Shown: positions 1-14,275 of the stretch, one piece after another | How positions within the stretch are numbered: the first letter of the stretch is position 1 | Layout of the letters: each line of letters opens with the position of its first letter | Assembly: GCF_009914755.1 (NCBI RefSeq) | Contig: NC_060927.1 | Direction: 5' to 3' (one strand) | DNA length: 64,000 bases | Origin: the human T2T-CHM13v2.0 reference genome, Homo sapiens | Position numbers and translations under genes: made by a program | The notes under the pieces: model-generated | What the model was told of the DNA's origin: nothing | The model's database searches: none | What the model saw: only the letters and a program-made list of their open reading frames with translations

Positions 1-99
1 TATTTGGCAGTTTGGCCTATGAAAATTGCAATTTCACATGGTTCAACTTAAAATTAAATTAAATAGATGTATGAAAGAATCATTAAGAGCAATGCTATA

Positions 100-475
100 T
101 ACAGGACATATACTGCATGGTCTCACTTAGATGTGGAGTGTAAAAAAGTTAAACTCATAGAAGCAGAGGGTAGAATGGTGGTTACCAGGACCTAGGGGTT
201 GAGGGGGGTGGTTGGGAAGATGTTGATTAAAGGATACAAAATTTCAGTTAGATAGGAGAAATAAGTTTGAGAGAACTATTATACAACATGGTGATTATGG
301 TTAATAACAATGTATTGTGTTCTTGAAAATTGCTAAGAGAGTGGATTTTAAGTGTTATCACCACAAAATGATAAGTATGTGAGGTAATGCCTATGTTAAT
401 TAACTCATTTAGACATTCCACAATGTATATATGTTTTATTTGTCAATTATATAAAAAATAAAATTTAGAATGAAA
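100..475 (+). mobile_element. 5'-truncated L1MA-type LINE 3' UTR with TSD
   Basis: L1MA 3' end motifs (tactgcatggtctcactt...gaaaattgctaagagagtggatttt...). A-rich end. Flanking direct repeats aagagcaatgctata (85-99) and aagggcaatgctata (476-490). Confidence 0.8.
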
Positions 476-498
476 AAGGGCAATGCTATACATACATA

Positions 499-1539
499 TT
501 TATTATACTTTAAGTTCTAGGGTACACGTGCACAATGTGCAGGCTTGTTACATATGTATACATGTGCCATACTGGTGTGCTGCACCCCTTAACTTGTCAT
601 TTACATTAGGTATACCTCCTAATGCTATCCCTCCCCCCTCCCCCCACCCCACAACAGGCCCCCAGTGTGATGTTCCCCTTTCCCGTGTCCAAGTGTTCTC
701 ATTGTTCAATTCCCACCTATGAGTGAGAACACGTGGTGTTTGTTTTTTTGTCCTTGCGATAGTTTGCCGAGAATGATGGTTTCCAGCTTCATCCATGTCC
801 CTACAAAGGACATGAACTCATCTTTTTTATGGTTGCATAGTATTCCATGGTGTATATGTGCCATATTTTCTTAATCCAGTCTATCATTGATGGACATTTG
901 GGTTGGTTCTAAGTCTTTGCTATTGTGAATAGTGCTGCAGTAAACATATGTGTGCACATGTCTTTATAGCAGCATGATTTATAATCCTTTGGGTATATAC
1001 CCGGTAATGGGATTGCTGGGTCAAATGGTATTTCTCGTTCTGGATCCTTGAGGAATCACCACACTGTCTTCCACAATGGTTGAACTAGTTTATAGTCCCA
1101 CCAACAGTGTAAAAGTGTTCCTATTTCTCCACATCCTCTCCAGCACCTGTTGTTTCCTGACTTTTTAATGATCGCCATTCTAACTGGTGTGAGATGGTAT
1201 CTCATTGTGGTTTTGATTTGCATTTCTCTGATGGCCAGTGATGATGAGCATTTTTTCGTGTGTCTGTTGGCTGCATAAATGTCTTCTTTTGAGAAGTGTC
1301 TGTTCATATCCTTCGCCCACTTTTTAATGGGGTTGTTTTCTTTTTTTCTTGTAAATTTGTTTGAGTTCTTTGTAGATTCTGGATATTAGCCCTTTGTCAG
1401 ATGAGTAGATTGTGAAAATTTTCTCCCATTCTGTAGGTTGCCTGTTCACTCTGATGGTAGTTTCTTTTCTGTGCAGAAGCTCTTTAGGTTAATTAGATCC
1501 CATTTGTCAATTTTGGCGTTTGTTGCCATTGCTTTTGGT
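499..1539 (-). mobile_element. L1PA (about L1PA4/5) 3' end, ~1 kb
   Basis: Reverse complement of the L1 3' UTR (tttattatactttaagttctagggtac...) plus ORF2 C-terminal peptide (ORF 1056-1307: ...[36 protein letters not shown]). Confidence 0.93.
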
Positions 1540-1989
1540 AAAACAGAGAAACTTATATGCACTTTAGTGTAACTTGGTGGATGAGAATATTTTAGCTGTG
1601 TCATCTCCGCCCTTCTGGTGTCCTATATGTTTGCATGTGAATTTTTTTTTTTTTTTAATGCCAGTGTTGCATCCCCCTTCTTTAGCTGTCTACAATTTCA
1701 GCCACGGTTGTAGTTTCTTTCTTAATAAATGCTTATTTGAAAACAATTCATTGGCAATCCCTTGATGCTCATGCTTCCTATCTATCTAACCATTTATCTC
1801 TATCCTTTGCACCTCTTTCTCCCAATGCCTTCTCCTTCCTCACTTTGTCCAGATTTCCTGGGAGAGGTTGCACAGTACTCAACACTGTACTAGGGTGCAC
1901 GCACAGTGTTGGGTTAGGCCTTGGACAGCAGCCAAATACACTCTGCCCTGGGAACTGCTTGCAAATTCTGTACTGCAGGATGTATCTAT

Positions 1990-2387
1990 CCCCTTAGCAA
2001 TGGCTGATTGTGACAGAGATAATACTTTACCCAAGCTGGGACAGTCAGATTCCCTCCTCTAGGATTTTCCATTGAACTTGAGGGACAACCAGTTATTTAG
2101 CTTCCTTGTGTAGCTGCAAAGTCATGCCTCAGGAACTGTGGGGTGTGCAGTCTGTTCCATGGGCTAAGGATCAGGAAATGCCAGTCTACAGAGACAGACA
2201 GTAAAGCAGATGTGCAGAGAGGATCAGAAACGAGAGACGGAATTGAAATCATGGTGACTTTTCAGTTCTTTCTTGAGAAAGACTGCATTATTCCCACTGG
2301 GTTCTGTTAGACAGTGTAGTGGACTTAAATAAACTTCTCTCTTTCTCTGCTTGGGCTAGATTGAGTGGGTTTCAGATACTTGCAACC
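1990..2387 (+). mobile_element. Ancient MaLR (MLT1J/K-like) LTR
   Basis: The end aataaact...gggtttcagatacttgcaacca resembles MLT1J/K termini (recalled consensus). Confidence 0.5.
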
Positions 2388-3485
2388 ATGAGAATATTAA
2401 TGTGTACATGTTAATCTCCAGAATTCTATAATTCAATGACCTCTAGGACTACTTACATTTTCAGGGGATGGGGAAAACGGGAACCATAAGTTCTGGGCAA
2501 TTAGGAAGCTTTGGTGGGTATTTGGAGGAGTTCTGTGTGGGTGAATTATACCAAACTTACTGAATATGTTAAGAAATTTCTCTACTTCATAAGTATACCT
2601 AGGAGACAGCCTGACTAGACTAGCTAAATATTACTTTCCTTCAAATTTTGATGTTAGTATTTGAAGTGTAGCAGATAGTTTAAAAGCCTAAATGAGTCCA
2701 GCTGGTATTTAACTGTGGTAAGGGGAGATGTCTTTTTTTGATGAAGATTTTCCTTTCTGATCTTCAGTGGGTGTAGTGGGGAATCCATTTTAGATAGCTC
2801 CTGTCTGTATTAATTTCTTCTCATGCTCAGTATTTTTCTAACTTCCTCTGCTCTGTCTGACCTGATATGATGTCATTTGGGCTGTATTAAACATTTTTTT
2901 GAAAAAGAGTGAACATTATACATTTCATCCAAAAAATGCTATTTCTGGGTCTACAATTCATCTCTGCCACGGCATTTTCCTTGTTCCTAAAGGACTCTGG
3001 TACAGACGTACCCTCTCCCCCTCCTCCCTTTCACCTTGGATTCAGCACTAAAAAGTGTAAAAGACGTTAATAAGGCAGGAGGTGCTTTATGCCACAGGGT
3101 ATAGATGATACTATTGGAAATGAGGAATCTTCTTCCTGAATGTTGTCAATTTGTTACTTTTCTGAGTCCGCTGGTGGCAGCTCAGCGTGGGGCCCCGTTA
3201 TCTCCCAGCCCAAGCAGCTGGCTTTGGGCACAAGTCTGGACTAGGAGAGATTGCTTTGTGGCCCCAGTGGGGCATTTCACAATTTTCTTTTCCTTGAGAA
3301 ACTTTAAAAAGCCATCTAGGCTTCACTACCTGTGTACTTCATTTAGAGCTTCTACCATGTGACTCAGTTCAGAAAATGCAGCAGCCTGATCCCCTGCTAT
3401 GGAGAGGGTGAAATACATCACCCTGCTGTGGGCTGGTGCCTTGGACCCAGGGTGCAGTGGGTCTGCAAATCAGGCCAGTTAGGCT

Positions 3486-5230
3486 CAACAAACACTTATT
3501 CGATACCTACTGTGTGTGAGCAATTATGCTAGGCCTCAGGGTACAGAGGTCAATAAAAGGTGGTCTATGCTTTCAAAGAGCTGAGAGTTTAGTGATGAAG
3601 ATGGAAAAATAAACAATTATTACATAACAGGTGAAGTACACGGAGAGAAGAAATATATGAGCAAGAGGATGGGGCATGTTGAGCTTGAAGTTGCGGAAGG
3701 GTGAGGAATGGATTATGGAGGGAGGTGGCCATTTCATTTGAGTCTCAAACAATAAGTCAGTTGGGAGTAAAAGCTGGGAAAAAGCACTTGAGGAAGATGG
3801 AACAGCATGAACAAAACATGGAGGTATAAAATTGCTTGGCCTATCTGAGGGACAAGTAGATTTCTAGAGTGTTCAGGAGAGGAAGGGGGATATAAAAGAC
3901 AAGTCTGGAGAGGTAAGCAGGGCCAGGCAGTTGCGTACCATGTTGTGGGGGAGGGCAACTGGACTTTCTCCTGTAGGTGCTGGGGAACCATCGCAGCTAG
4001 GGTGTGCCTTGCACAGGCTTAGGAGCTGCATTTCAGGAGTAACCTGATGGGGAAGTCTCAGGGCCAGGAATCCTGGGAGGGATCTGGTGGTAGAGGCAGA
4101 ATTGAAGGGCAGGCAGCAGGGGAGCTGGACACCTTCAGATGCTGAGGGTCTGAGCAGGACCAGGGCAGTAGGGGACAGCCAGGTGAGCAGACAGGCAGGG
4201 GAGAGCCAAGCTGAGTACACAGTCCTTGAGGGCTCTGGATCTGAAGTTTGCACAGTGAGGTCAAGCTGAGAGACTGAAGAAGGTATGGAGCATCAGAATA
4301 AGCCTAAATAGGGCAGAGTAGGTCAGAAGTTAGAGGCCAACACAGCAGCTGACACAGGAAGGACCTGTCAGGAGCTGTGACCCCTGCTTCTTCACCACCT
4401 GCCCCTAACCACTTCCCAACACCTGATATGCTGGAGGGGACTAATAAGAACCATGCCTGTCTATTAGATGGGGCTGATAGGGTTCCAGTTGATACATATG
4501 GTGGCTTGGGCCAGGCAGTGGCAATGGAAGGAGAGGAAGTGGTCAGACTGAGATGTACTTTGTAGTTTGAAGCAAGAAGGTAACTTAGGACTGACTTTAG
4601 ATTTCTGGCTTTTAGCTACCAGAGGTTGGGGGAGTGGTATCAATTGTTTATATGGTTTATTAGTTTGCTAGGGCTGCTGTAACAATTTTTGTGGCTTAAA
4701 CAACAAAAATTAATTCTCTCACAGTTCTGAGAAGTCTGAGATTAAGATATCAGGGTTGATTCCTGCTGAAGGCCCTAATGGAATAATCTGTTCCATGCCC
4801 CTCTCTTGCTTTGTAGATGGCCAGCTTGTCCCCATGTCTTCACAGGTTTCCTCTTTCTTGTAAGGGCATCAGTCATATTGGATTAGGGCCCACCCTAGTG
4901 GCCCCACTTTAATTATTTCCTTAAAAGTTCTATCTCCAAATAAGGCCACACTCCGATGTATTGGAGGTTAGGACTTCAACGTATATATTTTTGGAGGAAC
5001 ACAATTCAGCCTGTAACAATGATGGTGGTCAAGAGTGGAACAATTTTGTGAAGAAACTCAGGAGTTTATTATTGAACATTAATTTTGAGATGTCTTTGAC
5101 ATACACAAGTGAAAATGTCAGGCAGGCAATTGTATATACAGAATCTGGGGCTTTGACATGAGATCTGGGTTGGAGATAAAATTTAGGAATTGTTGGCAGT
5201 TTTAAATTTTATTTAAAGCCATGGGAATTG
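3486..5230 (-). mobile_element. Fragmented L2 LINE interrupted by later insertions
   Basis: caacaaacacttattcgatacctactgtgtg is the antisense L2 3' end. Purine-rich L2 body resumes at ~4500 and ~5040. Confidence 0.65.
4657..5018 (-). mobile_element. MLT1B/C-type MaLR solo LTR
   Basis: tattagtttgctagggctgctgtaacaa ... ggattagggcccaccc ... acacaattcagcctgtaaca. Confidence 0.8.
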
Positions 5231-5403
5231 GCCCTGTGTGTGTGTGAGGTGAGGTGGAGTGGGGTTTGGGGGGCAGAGCACTTATATACAAGGAACAAAG
5301 AGTCCAAGTTGTATCCTATGAAAGTCCATAGGAGGTCTTCCCATCTATAAGCTGGGGTCCATGTCTTCAGGCTTGCCACACAGTTAGTCCTACAGGTCAG
5401 TTA

Positions 5404-5568
<165 letters not shown>

Positions 5569-5749
5569 GAATTTTGTAATTCCTGGCAAAGGATTCCCCG
5601 ACTGTGAATAAATATTTATTTTAAAAAAAGAATCTTGGCTATAATATCTTTATAAGTGTAATGCAGACTATTACACAAAATTTGGCAAATTAGAGTATGA
5701 TAAAAAAAGTAAAAAAAACCACTCCATATTGGACATTTCATATTCTCTC

Positions 5750-6207
5750 TGTCTTAGCCCTTACTTCAGCCGCTACTATGGCAAACTGCTTTGTGCAGGC
5801 ATTTGAACTCCTTCCATTGGCAGTGCCTTGGCTCAAGCTACTTATCCTGAGGGTTCTGTGATATCATGGCATGGGATGCCAGTGAGTCTGCTTCACGTTC
5901 ACACATGCACAAACTTGAAGTGAAGGTTGAGTGCACAAACTCAATCAATGGGATGGAAACCAGTGGATAAGTACTTCTCAATGTTGATCTTTGGGGCAGG
6001 GGAATAATTCTGAGATACCTTCTGTATATTTCCTAAGGAGAACCTGGACAGATGGACCACCAGTTGCCCATGGTAATGCCCAATTTAATACTATCCTTGT
6101 GTTGGCTTTTCTTCCTTGTCTGTGTTACTCCCCTTAGTCTGTAGAAATCACTTCCTGAATAAATCATTTGTGCATTAACCTTGTCTCAGGGAACCTAAGC
6201 CAAGATA
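5750..6207 (+). mobile_element. ERVL-class solo LTR (LTR16-like)
   Basis: The 3' end aataaatcatttgtgcattaaccttgtctcagggaacctaagccaagata resembles LTR16/33 termini. Confidence 0.55.
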
Positions 6208-6329
6208 TACCTCAAATACCCAACCCCCAAATAACCATCCTCAATATAAGCAACATTCCAGAATCTCTCTATGCACATACACAGGGCTGATAATGGGTTG
6301 AAATAAGTTTATAGAAATGAGACAATTTT

Positions 6330-6829
<500 letters not shown>

Positions 6830-8099
6830 AGAAGTTCAGTGAAGTCTCTTGATGACTACAGTCCCAAAAGCTTGCTCAGGGAGGGGCACAATGCCTGCTG
6901 AGTAGGGGAGACATTTGGGGGCACAGCATTCTCCTCCTTGTGCCACTCTTGTGGGTGAGTAAGGACGGCAGTGTCTAAGTCTCAAAGAGCGCAGGCTTTG
7001 GGGCCAGATGGGGAGGTCTCAAATCCCTTCTCTGCCATTTACTAGCTGGTTGGTCTTGGGCACCTGCATGAGAATTAATCTGTTGGAGAGTGGTAGGAAA
7101 AGCATGCCACATTGTTTGGAGTAGTGTCTGCCCCACTGGAGGAGGTATGATTAGGACCCTTATTCACGAGATGGTTGCTCTGGAAATCCCAGAACGATGA
7201 AAACGGCTTCTGTCCTGGGGAACTGGAGAAAAATATAGTAAAGGAGAGGACCACTAAGTACTTTTCAATTCAGTAAATAATTATCAAGGATCCATTATGT
7301 ACAAGGCATTGTGCTGAGCTTTAGAGGAATAGGATGGAGGTGTAGTTAAGGCAATATGTACCCTTAAGTTCTCTTGATGGGGGCCATAGCTGGTCTTGCT
7401 GGTGTATTCTGCAGAGGTGGCAGGCCAGGGAGTTTGTCCTTTATCTGGAATTGGTTTGAATGCTGAGCTTAAGGATGCTTTTCAGAACTGGTGATACAGC
7501 AGAGGTAGCAGCGAGGAGGTGAATTAAAAAATGGAGTCTGAATGGGAGAAAAAAATGAGGAGGGTAAGATACAGATACTGGATCCAGGGAAAAGATTGCT
7601 GGTGGATGACAGTAGGGTATGGGCTAACAGAATAAATGTAAAGAGGGTCATGAGTGAATCCTGGAGACAGAAGCTGCTTTCCAGCTTCATGGCATGGTTT
7701 GTGGCAAAAGAATGGGGCAGGTGCCAGTCACCTAATGTGAGAGTCATCTTCCTGCTTCCTTTCCTAGGCTTGAGTGTCCTTAAGGAGGAATGGCTATATT
7801 TTCTGGGGACACAGAGACTCTGAGTTTGGAGTTAATAATCTGAAGATTCACAATGTTTTCATTTTCCTACAAATCAACCTTCTTTGGGCATCAAGTCAAG
7901 TTTCAGTCCTCTGTTGCGCCAAGTCATCTCCTTATTCTTCTTGACTTTGCTGTGGCTGATGTTTGTCAGTCACAGAGTTTCAGCCACACACGAGTACATG
8001 AGCTTGCTTAGCAGAAGTGCTGGCCATGCCTGCTGGTTGCCACCCCACAGGAAATCATGCTCATTTTTCTCTGATATTAAACAAATACCCTTCCCTGAT

Positions 8100-9177
8100 G
8101 CATTCTAACCACCTTGACCCATTTCTCTCCATTCCCTCCAAGCTCTTTGAAGATAGTCTACTTTTATAATACCCTCTTTCTCTTTTATCCCTTTTTCCTC
8201 ACATGACTGCGACCACCTTGTCTTCACCATCACTGCACAATTTTTCACCCCGATCCCCTCTGGATCACTACATCCAATGGGTCTCTTTCAGTATTTACCT
8301 GAAGTTCTCACTCTCTGGCACTGGATACTGTTGACCATGCCTTTCTTTTCGGTTTCCTCCTTTGGTTTCTGTATTACTACTGTCTCTTGTTCTCTTTTCA
8401 TCTCTCCGACTGTCCTTGGTAGATTCCTTTTGTTTCATCTGCCCCTCAGATGTTGCTATTTTTTACAGTTTTGCCCTGGTCATCTTCTTTACTCTTTCAC
8501 TCTGAGTGGTGAAATTTTGACTGTAATCTATCCTATAATTCCTATAATTTTGACTGTAATCCTATACTTTTGACTGTAATTTATCTATCAATCATTGATT
8601 CTACATCTATGACTACCATTCAGAACTTGTCCATGAGGTTTCAGATCTATGTATTCAACTGCCTACAGGGTGTCCTGAAGTATTTCAAACTTGAGGTGCC
8701 CAAATTCGACTCATTTTTTCCTAGAAAGCCCGATCCACTTAAAGTATTACCTTTCTCAGTAAAAGTAAACCCCATTTATTCAGCTGCCAGGGCCTTGGAC
8801 ATTATCCCAGACACCTCCTTCTCCTTTGTCCCTCCCATGCAATTCATTATCAAATCCTGTTCTTTCTGCCTCCTTGACATCTCTTCTATTTATTTCTTCT
8901 TCTCTATAGTCTTCTAATTGGTCTCTGTGGCTCCAGTCTCACCACACCCAATGTATTCTTCAAACTCTTGTCAGTGTGATCTTTACAAAATACAAATTCA
9001 AGCATTTTACTCTCTGGCTTAAAACTAGCCAAAGGCTTCCCACCACCTGGACTTCTAGAATAAAGGCTAGACCTCTTAGTCTGGCCTATCTGAGCCTACA
9101 TAATCCAGCTTCTGTTCATTTTGCCAGCCTCATCTTTAACAGGGTTCTCCTCACATGCTGTGTTTAGTGAATGAATC
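8100..9177 (+). mobile_element. L2 LINE
   Basis: Pyrimidine-rich L2 ORF2/3' sequence ending gtgaatgaat. Confidence 0.7.
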
Positions 9178-9344
9178 CATCATTGAAGCCACTAATAAAC
9201 ACAACAGGTGTACTGAGCAGCTCAAGATCTGTTTTCCTGGAAGCCTACTCACCATATTGATAAGCCTATGGGATGTCCTGAATAAAAAGTTTTAAAATAA
9301 GAAGTAAGGTTTATTCTCTGTGACTCTGGAGGGCAGTAACATAG

Positions 9345-9550
9345 AATTTCAGGGAGATAGGTTTCAACTCAGCATAACATTCTGTAAATGAGAGCTGGCC
9401 ACAAAGGGATGGATTTCCCTGAAGTAGTGAGCTCCCGACATCTGAAGGTGACCAAACAGGCACTGAATGACTATGACAGGCAGGTTAGAGGAGGGACCTC
9501 TGTTCTGTGTGGAGTATTGGACTATAGGAACTCTCATGTCCCTTCCTCCT
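9345..9550 (+). mobile_element. CR1/L3 3' fragment
   Basis: gaagtagtgagctcccgacatctgaagg...ttggactataggaactctcatgtcccttcc resembles the L3 3' end. Confidence 0.5.
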
Positions 9551-9577
9551 GTAAGAAGGAGAAGAGGAAGGGGAAAA

Positions 9578-9775
9578 ACTAATATTTATTGAGTGCCTAT
9601 TATGTACCTGGTACTTAATATATATTGGTTCATTTTTTCCTCACAATTACCCCAGGGAAAATTGCTACTGTTATCTCCATTTTATTGATGAGGAATCTAA
9701 AGCTCAGAAAGGTGAAACATTATTCCCAAGCCCACTCAGAAGGTAAATGATAGAGCTGGGCTTAGAATCCACTCT
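9578..9775 (-). mobile_element. MIR SINE
   Basis: MIR core ttatctccattttattgatgaggaatctaaagctcagaaagg. Confidence 0.8.
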
Positions 9776-9782
9776 GAAAGCG

Positions 9783-9952
9783 AATTCCCCAACCAGCATC
9801 ATCATCAGCATCACCCGGGATCTTCTTAGAGATGGAAATTCCCAGACCTCATCCCAGATCTACTGAATGAGAAACTCGGGGTGGAGAACCAGTCATTTGT
9901 GTTTTTAAGCAAGCCCTCCAGGTGATTCTGATGCCCACCAAAGTTTAAGAAT
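9783..9952. mobile_element. MER5A hAT-Charlie MITE
   Basis: gcatcacccggga...tactgaatgagaaactc...aagccctccaggtgattctgatgc...agtttaagaa. Confidence 0.75.
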
Positions 9953-10909
9953 GCATTATATTTGATTATACATATGGGAAATATTAGAAAGAAAATTCAC
10001 TTCAACTTTTTTGAGAATTAAAAAAAACTGCTCTTAGTCTATAAGGCATCAACATTTAATCTGCTGCCTTCTAGTGTGGGGCAGGCCAAGGGACTTCATG
10101 GTAGGCCTAAACATCCTGCAGCTCCCAGCAGATTACAGTTCTGCAGATTCAGTTTGGTAATTCAGAAACAAATTTTCCCTGAGAATATCTTCTTGTGGCT
10201 TCATATATTGTTTTGCATAAGGAACAATGTGAATCTTGGTGAAAGAAAAACAAAGCAAAACATTAACAACATAGAACACTTTCCTATTTAAAATATGAAG
10301 AAGATGCCACAAATCTCCCAATCTTCCTTTTATAGAATTTAATAAAAGCAAGATAAATTTGGTGTCTTTTTTAAAAGCCAGATAGAACTGCTGGTAGTAT
10401 GCTATTATTTATTTTGTTAATTCAGCAATATTTCGAGTGAGATCCAGATACTATAGCATTTAAAAATAATGCAACCTTGCTCCCAATGCAAGTGGCAAGA
10501 GCGAGAGGTCTCCATGGAGCTTTGCTAAAGGGGGAAAAAAAAAGAAATTAAAAACCATCCACTAATGTACTGGCAAGTAATGAAATAAGAATCTGACACT
10601 TGGTGCATTGAAATGCAAACAAGATGTCCCTGTGTTACCCTGGCAATTCATCATAAAGGCCGGTGCATTTCTGCTTATTATACATGAGGTGCAGTGAATT
10701 ATTACCAGGCTGGTTCTTCTAACAAACTTTTCAAACTATGAACATGATAGGGTCAAAAAGAGATTTATATATGTGTTTGTGTGTGTATGCACTTATGCCA
10801 GGATATACACACAGAAGTGTGTGTTTCTCTGCTTGTGAGTACATGGGGAGCCAAATATTACAAATGAGAAATTTAGGTGATGACTCAGGTATTTAGAACC
10901 ATTCTATCT

Positions 10910-10955
10910 CTGTATATATGTATGTATACATACACACACATATATATATACATAT
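10910..10955. repeat. Compound (TA)/(TG)/(CA) microsatellite
   Basis: tgtatatatgtatgtatacatacacacacatatatatata. Confidence 0.8.
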
Positions 10956-11825
10956 CTATTTTTTTATGTGTAAGCACTATGCAAATGTGTTATCTCTAGA
11001 TAAAATGAAATATATTGTCAAGTAACACCAACCCAAACAGGGTTTTGAGAAATGTGTCACAAGCAGAGTTTTGATGGGTTAAGATGATCTTGAAAACCTA
11101 TTGTTGGAGGTATTGCATCTTTATACCTAAAGAAAGAGTTGGAAAAGAAATGGATACAAAGAGATTTAAAAACAAAAACAAGACAAAAACTCTAGACGTG
11201 ATCACTAGGTGCTTGGGATTTTAGAGAAAATGTTTGGATCACAGGTATATCTGCCTGAAGATGGGTCAATCCATTCCCAGCCACAATGGGAGGACAGCTT
11301 TTTGTTGGGAGAAGACTGCAGAAAATCAATGCTTTGACTCTTTTTATTATTTTATGTTTTAGTTAAACAAAACCCTGAAACTTTAATGTATTTGTGGGGT
11401 GGTGTGTATGTGTATGTGTAAGATTAGAGTTGGGATTTGGGCGTGCATCTGGCAACTACTTGCCGTGAGGTGAGAATGTATGTCAATGAGAGCATTACAG
11501 GAAGGAAAGCAGAAATTAAATTTTACAGGTGTTACTCATCAAAACTCTATGGAGTTGGTACTCTTGTTAACATCATGGCATAGATGGGAAAATTGAGGCA
11601 CAGGAATATTAAGCGAAGTACCCAATTGGAAAGTGGTAGAGCTGGGATTTGTGTTAAGTGTCTGACTGCTTTCAAAGCCTTTGCAGCTCCCAAGGAGGGA
11701 AGAATTAGAAGACAAACAACACTGTGGGCCATGAAAGAAAATTCAGTAATGGCTCCCAGGCAGGTGGATTGGGATTTAAGGTGCTCCCTTCTGCTTTCAG
11801 TGGGAGTGAAACAGGGGATGGTGAG

Positions 11826-12191
11826 TGCTATGGTTTCAATGTCAATTTCAACTCATGTCAAAACTTAATTGCCATTGTAACAGTATTAAGAGGTGGTACC
11901 TTTAAGAGTGCTTAGGTCATGAGGCCTTTGCCTTTATGAATGGATTAAGGCTGCTATCTCGGGAGTGGGTTAGTCATAACAAAAGGGGGGATTTTGGCCT
12001 CCATTTCCTCTGTCTCGTGTGCCCACTTGCCCTTCACCATCTTGTGATGGAGCACGAAGGCCCTCTCCAGATGCTGAAGCCATGCTCTTGAACTTCCCAG
12101 ACTCCAGAACGGTGAGAAATAAATATCTTTTTTAAATACATTACCTGGTCTGTAGTATTCTGTTATAGCAGCTAGAAAATGGCCTAAGACA
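11826..12191 (+). mobile_element. MST-type MaLR solo LTR
   Basis: tgctatggttt ... ttatagcagctagaaaatggcctaagaca, with flanks gtgag/gtgtg as a decayed 5-bp TSD. Confidence 0.85.
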
Positions 12192-12539
12192 GTGTGAGTG
12201 AGAGAAACAGGAAGAAGTTGGGGGGAGGGGGTCACAGTGATTTCCCTAAGAAAATACCTGGTCACATCTCCTAAACCAATTTCATTACAGGATCTGGCAC
12301 AAACTTGGCACATAAGTGAAATCAATAAATGGAGATTCAAATGGAATACACAGAAAAATATCTGGAAGGATATACAACCAAGTTCCAATAATAGTTATTA
12401 CTGGGGAATGAGAATGTGGTGGGAGAGAAACAGGAGGTTTTTTATTTACGTTATTTACATGCCTCAGTTTTATTTGCAATCTATGATAGTTCAAATAGGG
12501 TTGGAGTTTCCATTGTTTCGTTAATATTTTTCTAAAGCA

Positions 12540-12711
12540 TTGATTCTCATACTTGGCAGATCACTGGAATTTCCTGGGGAGCTTTTTAAACAGGCACATT
12601 CCAGAGCTGAACAGGACCCAGGGAATCAGAATCTCCATGGTGGGTCCAGGGATCTCTGATTAAAAAGCTCCACATATGATTCTGAGGATGAGCCACATTT
12701 GGGAACAGTTG
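12540..12711. mobile_element. MER5-family DNA transposon
   Basis: gattctcatacttggc...gaatcagaatctcc...tgattctgaggatgagccacatttgggaac. Confidence 0.65.
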
Positions 12712-14275
12712 GTCTACTTAAGATAAACCGTTTAAAGCACCTTCCAGCACTTTGGAAAGACTTAATTCCATATAAGCAGTTGATACACTAATTACAAATT
12801 TGCCTTATCTAGTCATTAATTTAGGTTCCCTAAGGACTACTCTGAATCCCTTGGATTAAAGGAGTAGTTGAATCTAGTTAACCTAGTTCTGATTAGTATA
12901 TAGCTATAAAATAGAAAAACATATTTTCTTAAAATATTCTACAATTAATTTTTATTACAAACGTAAGACTAGTGTTTTCTATAATTAGTGAAAAATGCTT
13001 TATTTTTGCCGGTAGATTCCATGATTTAAACATGAGAAAATGGAATCTCAAAGAAATGAAAAAACTTGCTTAAGAATATGTAGCTGGTTAATGGCTGATC
13101 CAGGACAAATGCAAAACCTGCACTGTGATAGGCACTGGTGGGTCAATGACAAAAATATGGGGTTCCAATGTTCCAGGAACTTAGGGTCTAGTGAGGGAGT
13201 CTGACACGTGTTGTGACCACGACTTTCAGTCAACAGATCCAAGACACCTGCAGCCTAGAGTGGGTAACAATAGAAGTAGTAGGTTGATATCATTATACAA
13301 CCTGGTGCCCAGAAACGAACCTGTCTTAATTTTTCCAGAACAGAACTTAATTTCTATTTTGAGCCTTATTCTGATAGTAATTGAATAATTTTAATCAATA
13401 CAAGTAATCTTGCTCAGTTCAGGATTTTCTGCTCCTCCGCTTCAATGGGGTTGCTGTTGAGTTCTAGGGGTCTGAAGAATGCTGAGATATTGGGGGATGG
13501 AGAGATCCTAGTGTCAACTTCCACCTTGCATCTGCTGAGCATCTTATTTCCATCTGGTTCCTAAGGGCTGGTTTATGTAGATTGCAGCTGTGCCTTTTTG
13601 TCCTAACCACAAGGCTTCTTCAAGTCTGGGTCATCCTTAGCTACTCCCACTGCTCTTCTGATTGTCCCCAGACAGTTGGTGGTTTTCCATGCACTGTGCT
13701 AGAAAGCTTCAGGACTCCAGGAGATGGTTTCAGACCTATCTGCTGGGAACCCCACTTGGCCATTTTCTACTTTTTTTACATGATGCTGGGCTTACGGAAA
13801 TTCTATGAGTTTTGCCAAATACTGCGCCCAGCCTGGGAATTGAGCATAGATCTTCCTTACTCTTGTATTCCCAAGTCGCAATGAGAATTCTCTTAAACAT
13901 ACTGCTTCCAAAAGACTTGGCTTGATGTGTGTGTGGGTGAGTGGAGGTGGGAAAGTAAATGGCTTGGGAACTCCTCTCAGGGACCCACCAGGGGTTAAAT
14001 TTCTTCCTTCCCACTTAGTGACAATCATACTGGCTTTTGATATCCCAATATTCTTGTAGGGGAACTTATTTTTGAGCAGTATGATGTCAATGTCAATGTG
14101 TTTCCCTTTGATCTCTGCTGCTCTTTGCCTCACTTTCCCAGACTGTAGATTATACAGAATAGTATGCAGCTTGCTGTGGGTGGGGATTAGAATAAAATGT
14201 CTTTGCATGAACACATGCATTCTTTTAAGTCTTTTAATGGCATAATCTATGCCTTGATTCCTTCGGAGTTTTGAA

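Noticed and set aside
1880-1916. Small hairpin caacactgt...acagtgttg
   Set aside because: A 9-bp perfect stem is too short for a miRNA or MITE call and is plausible by chance in 64 kb.
3167-3182. CTCF-like tccgctggtggcagc
   Set aside because: Three mismatches in the core, including the conserved A of AG.
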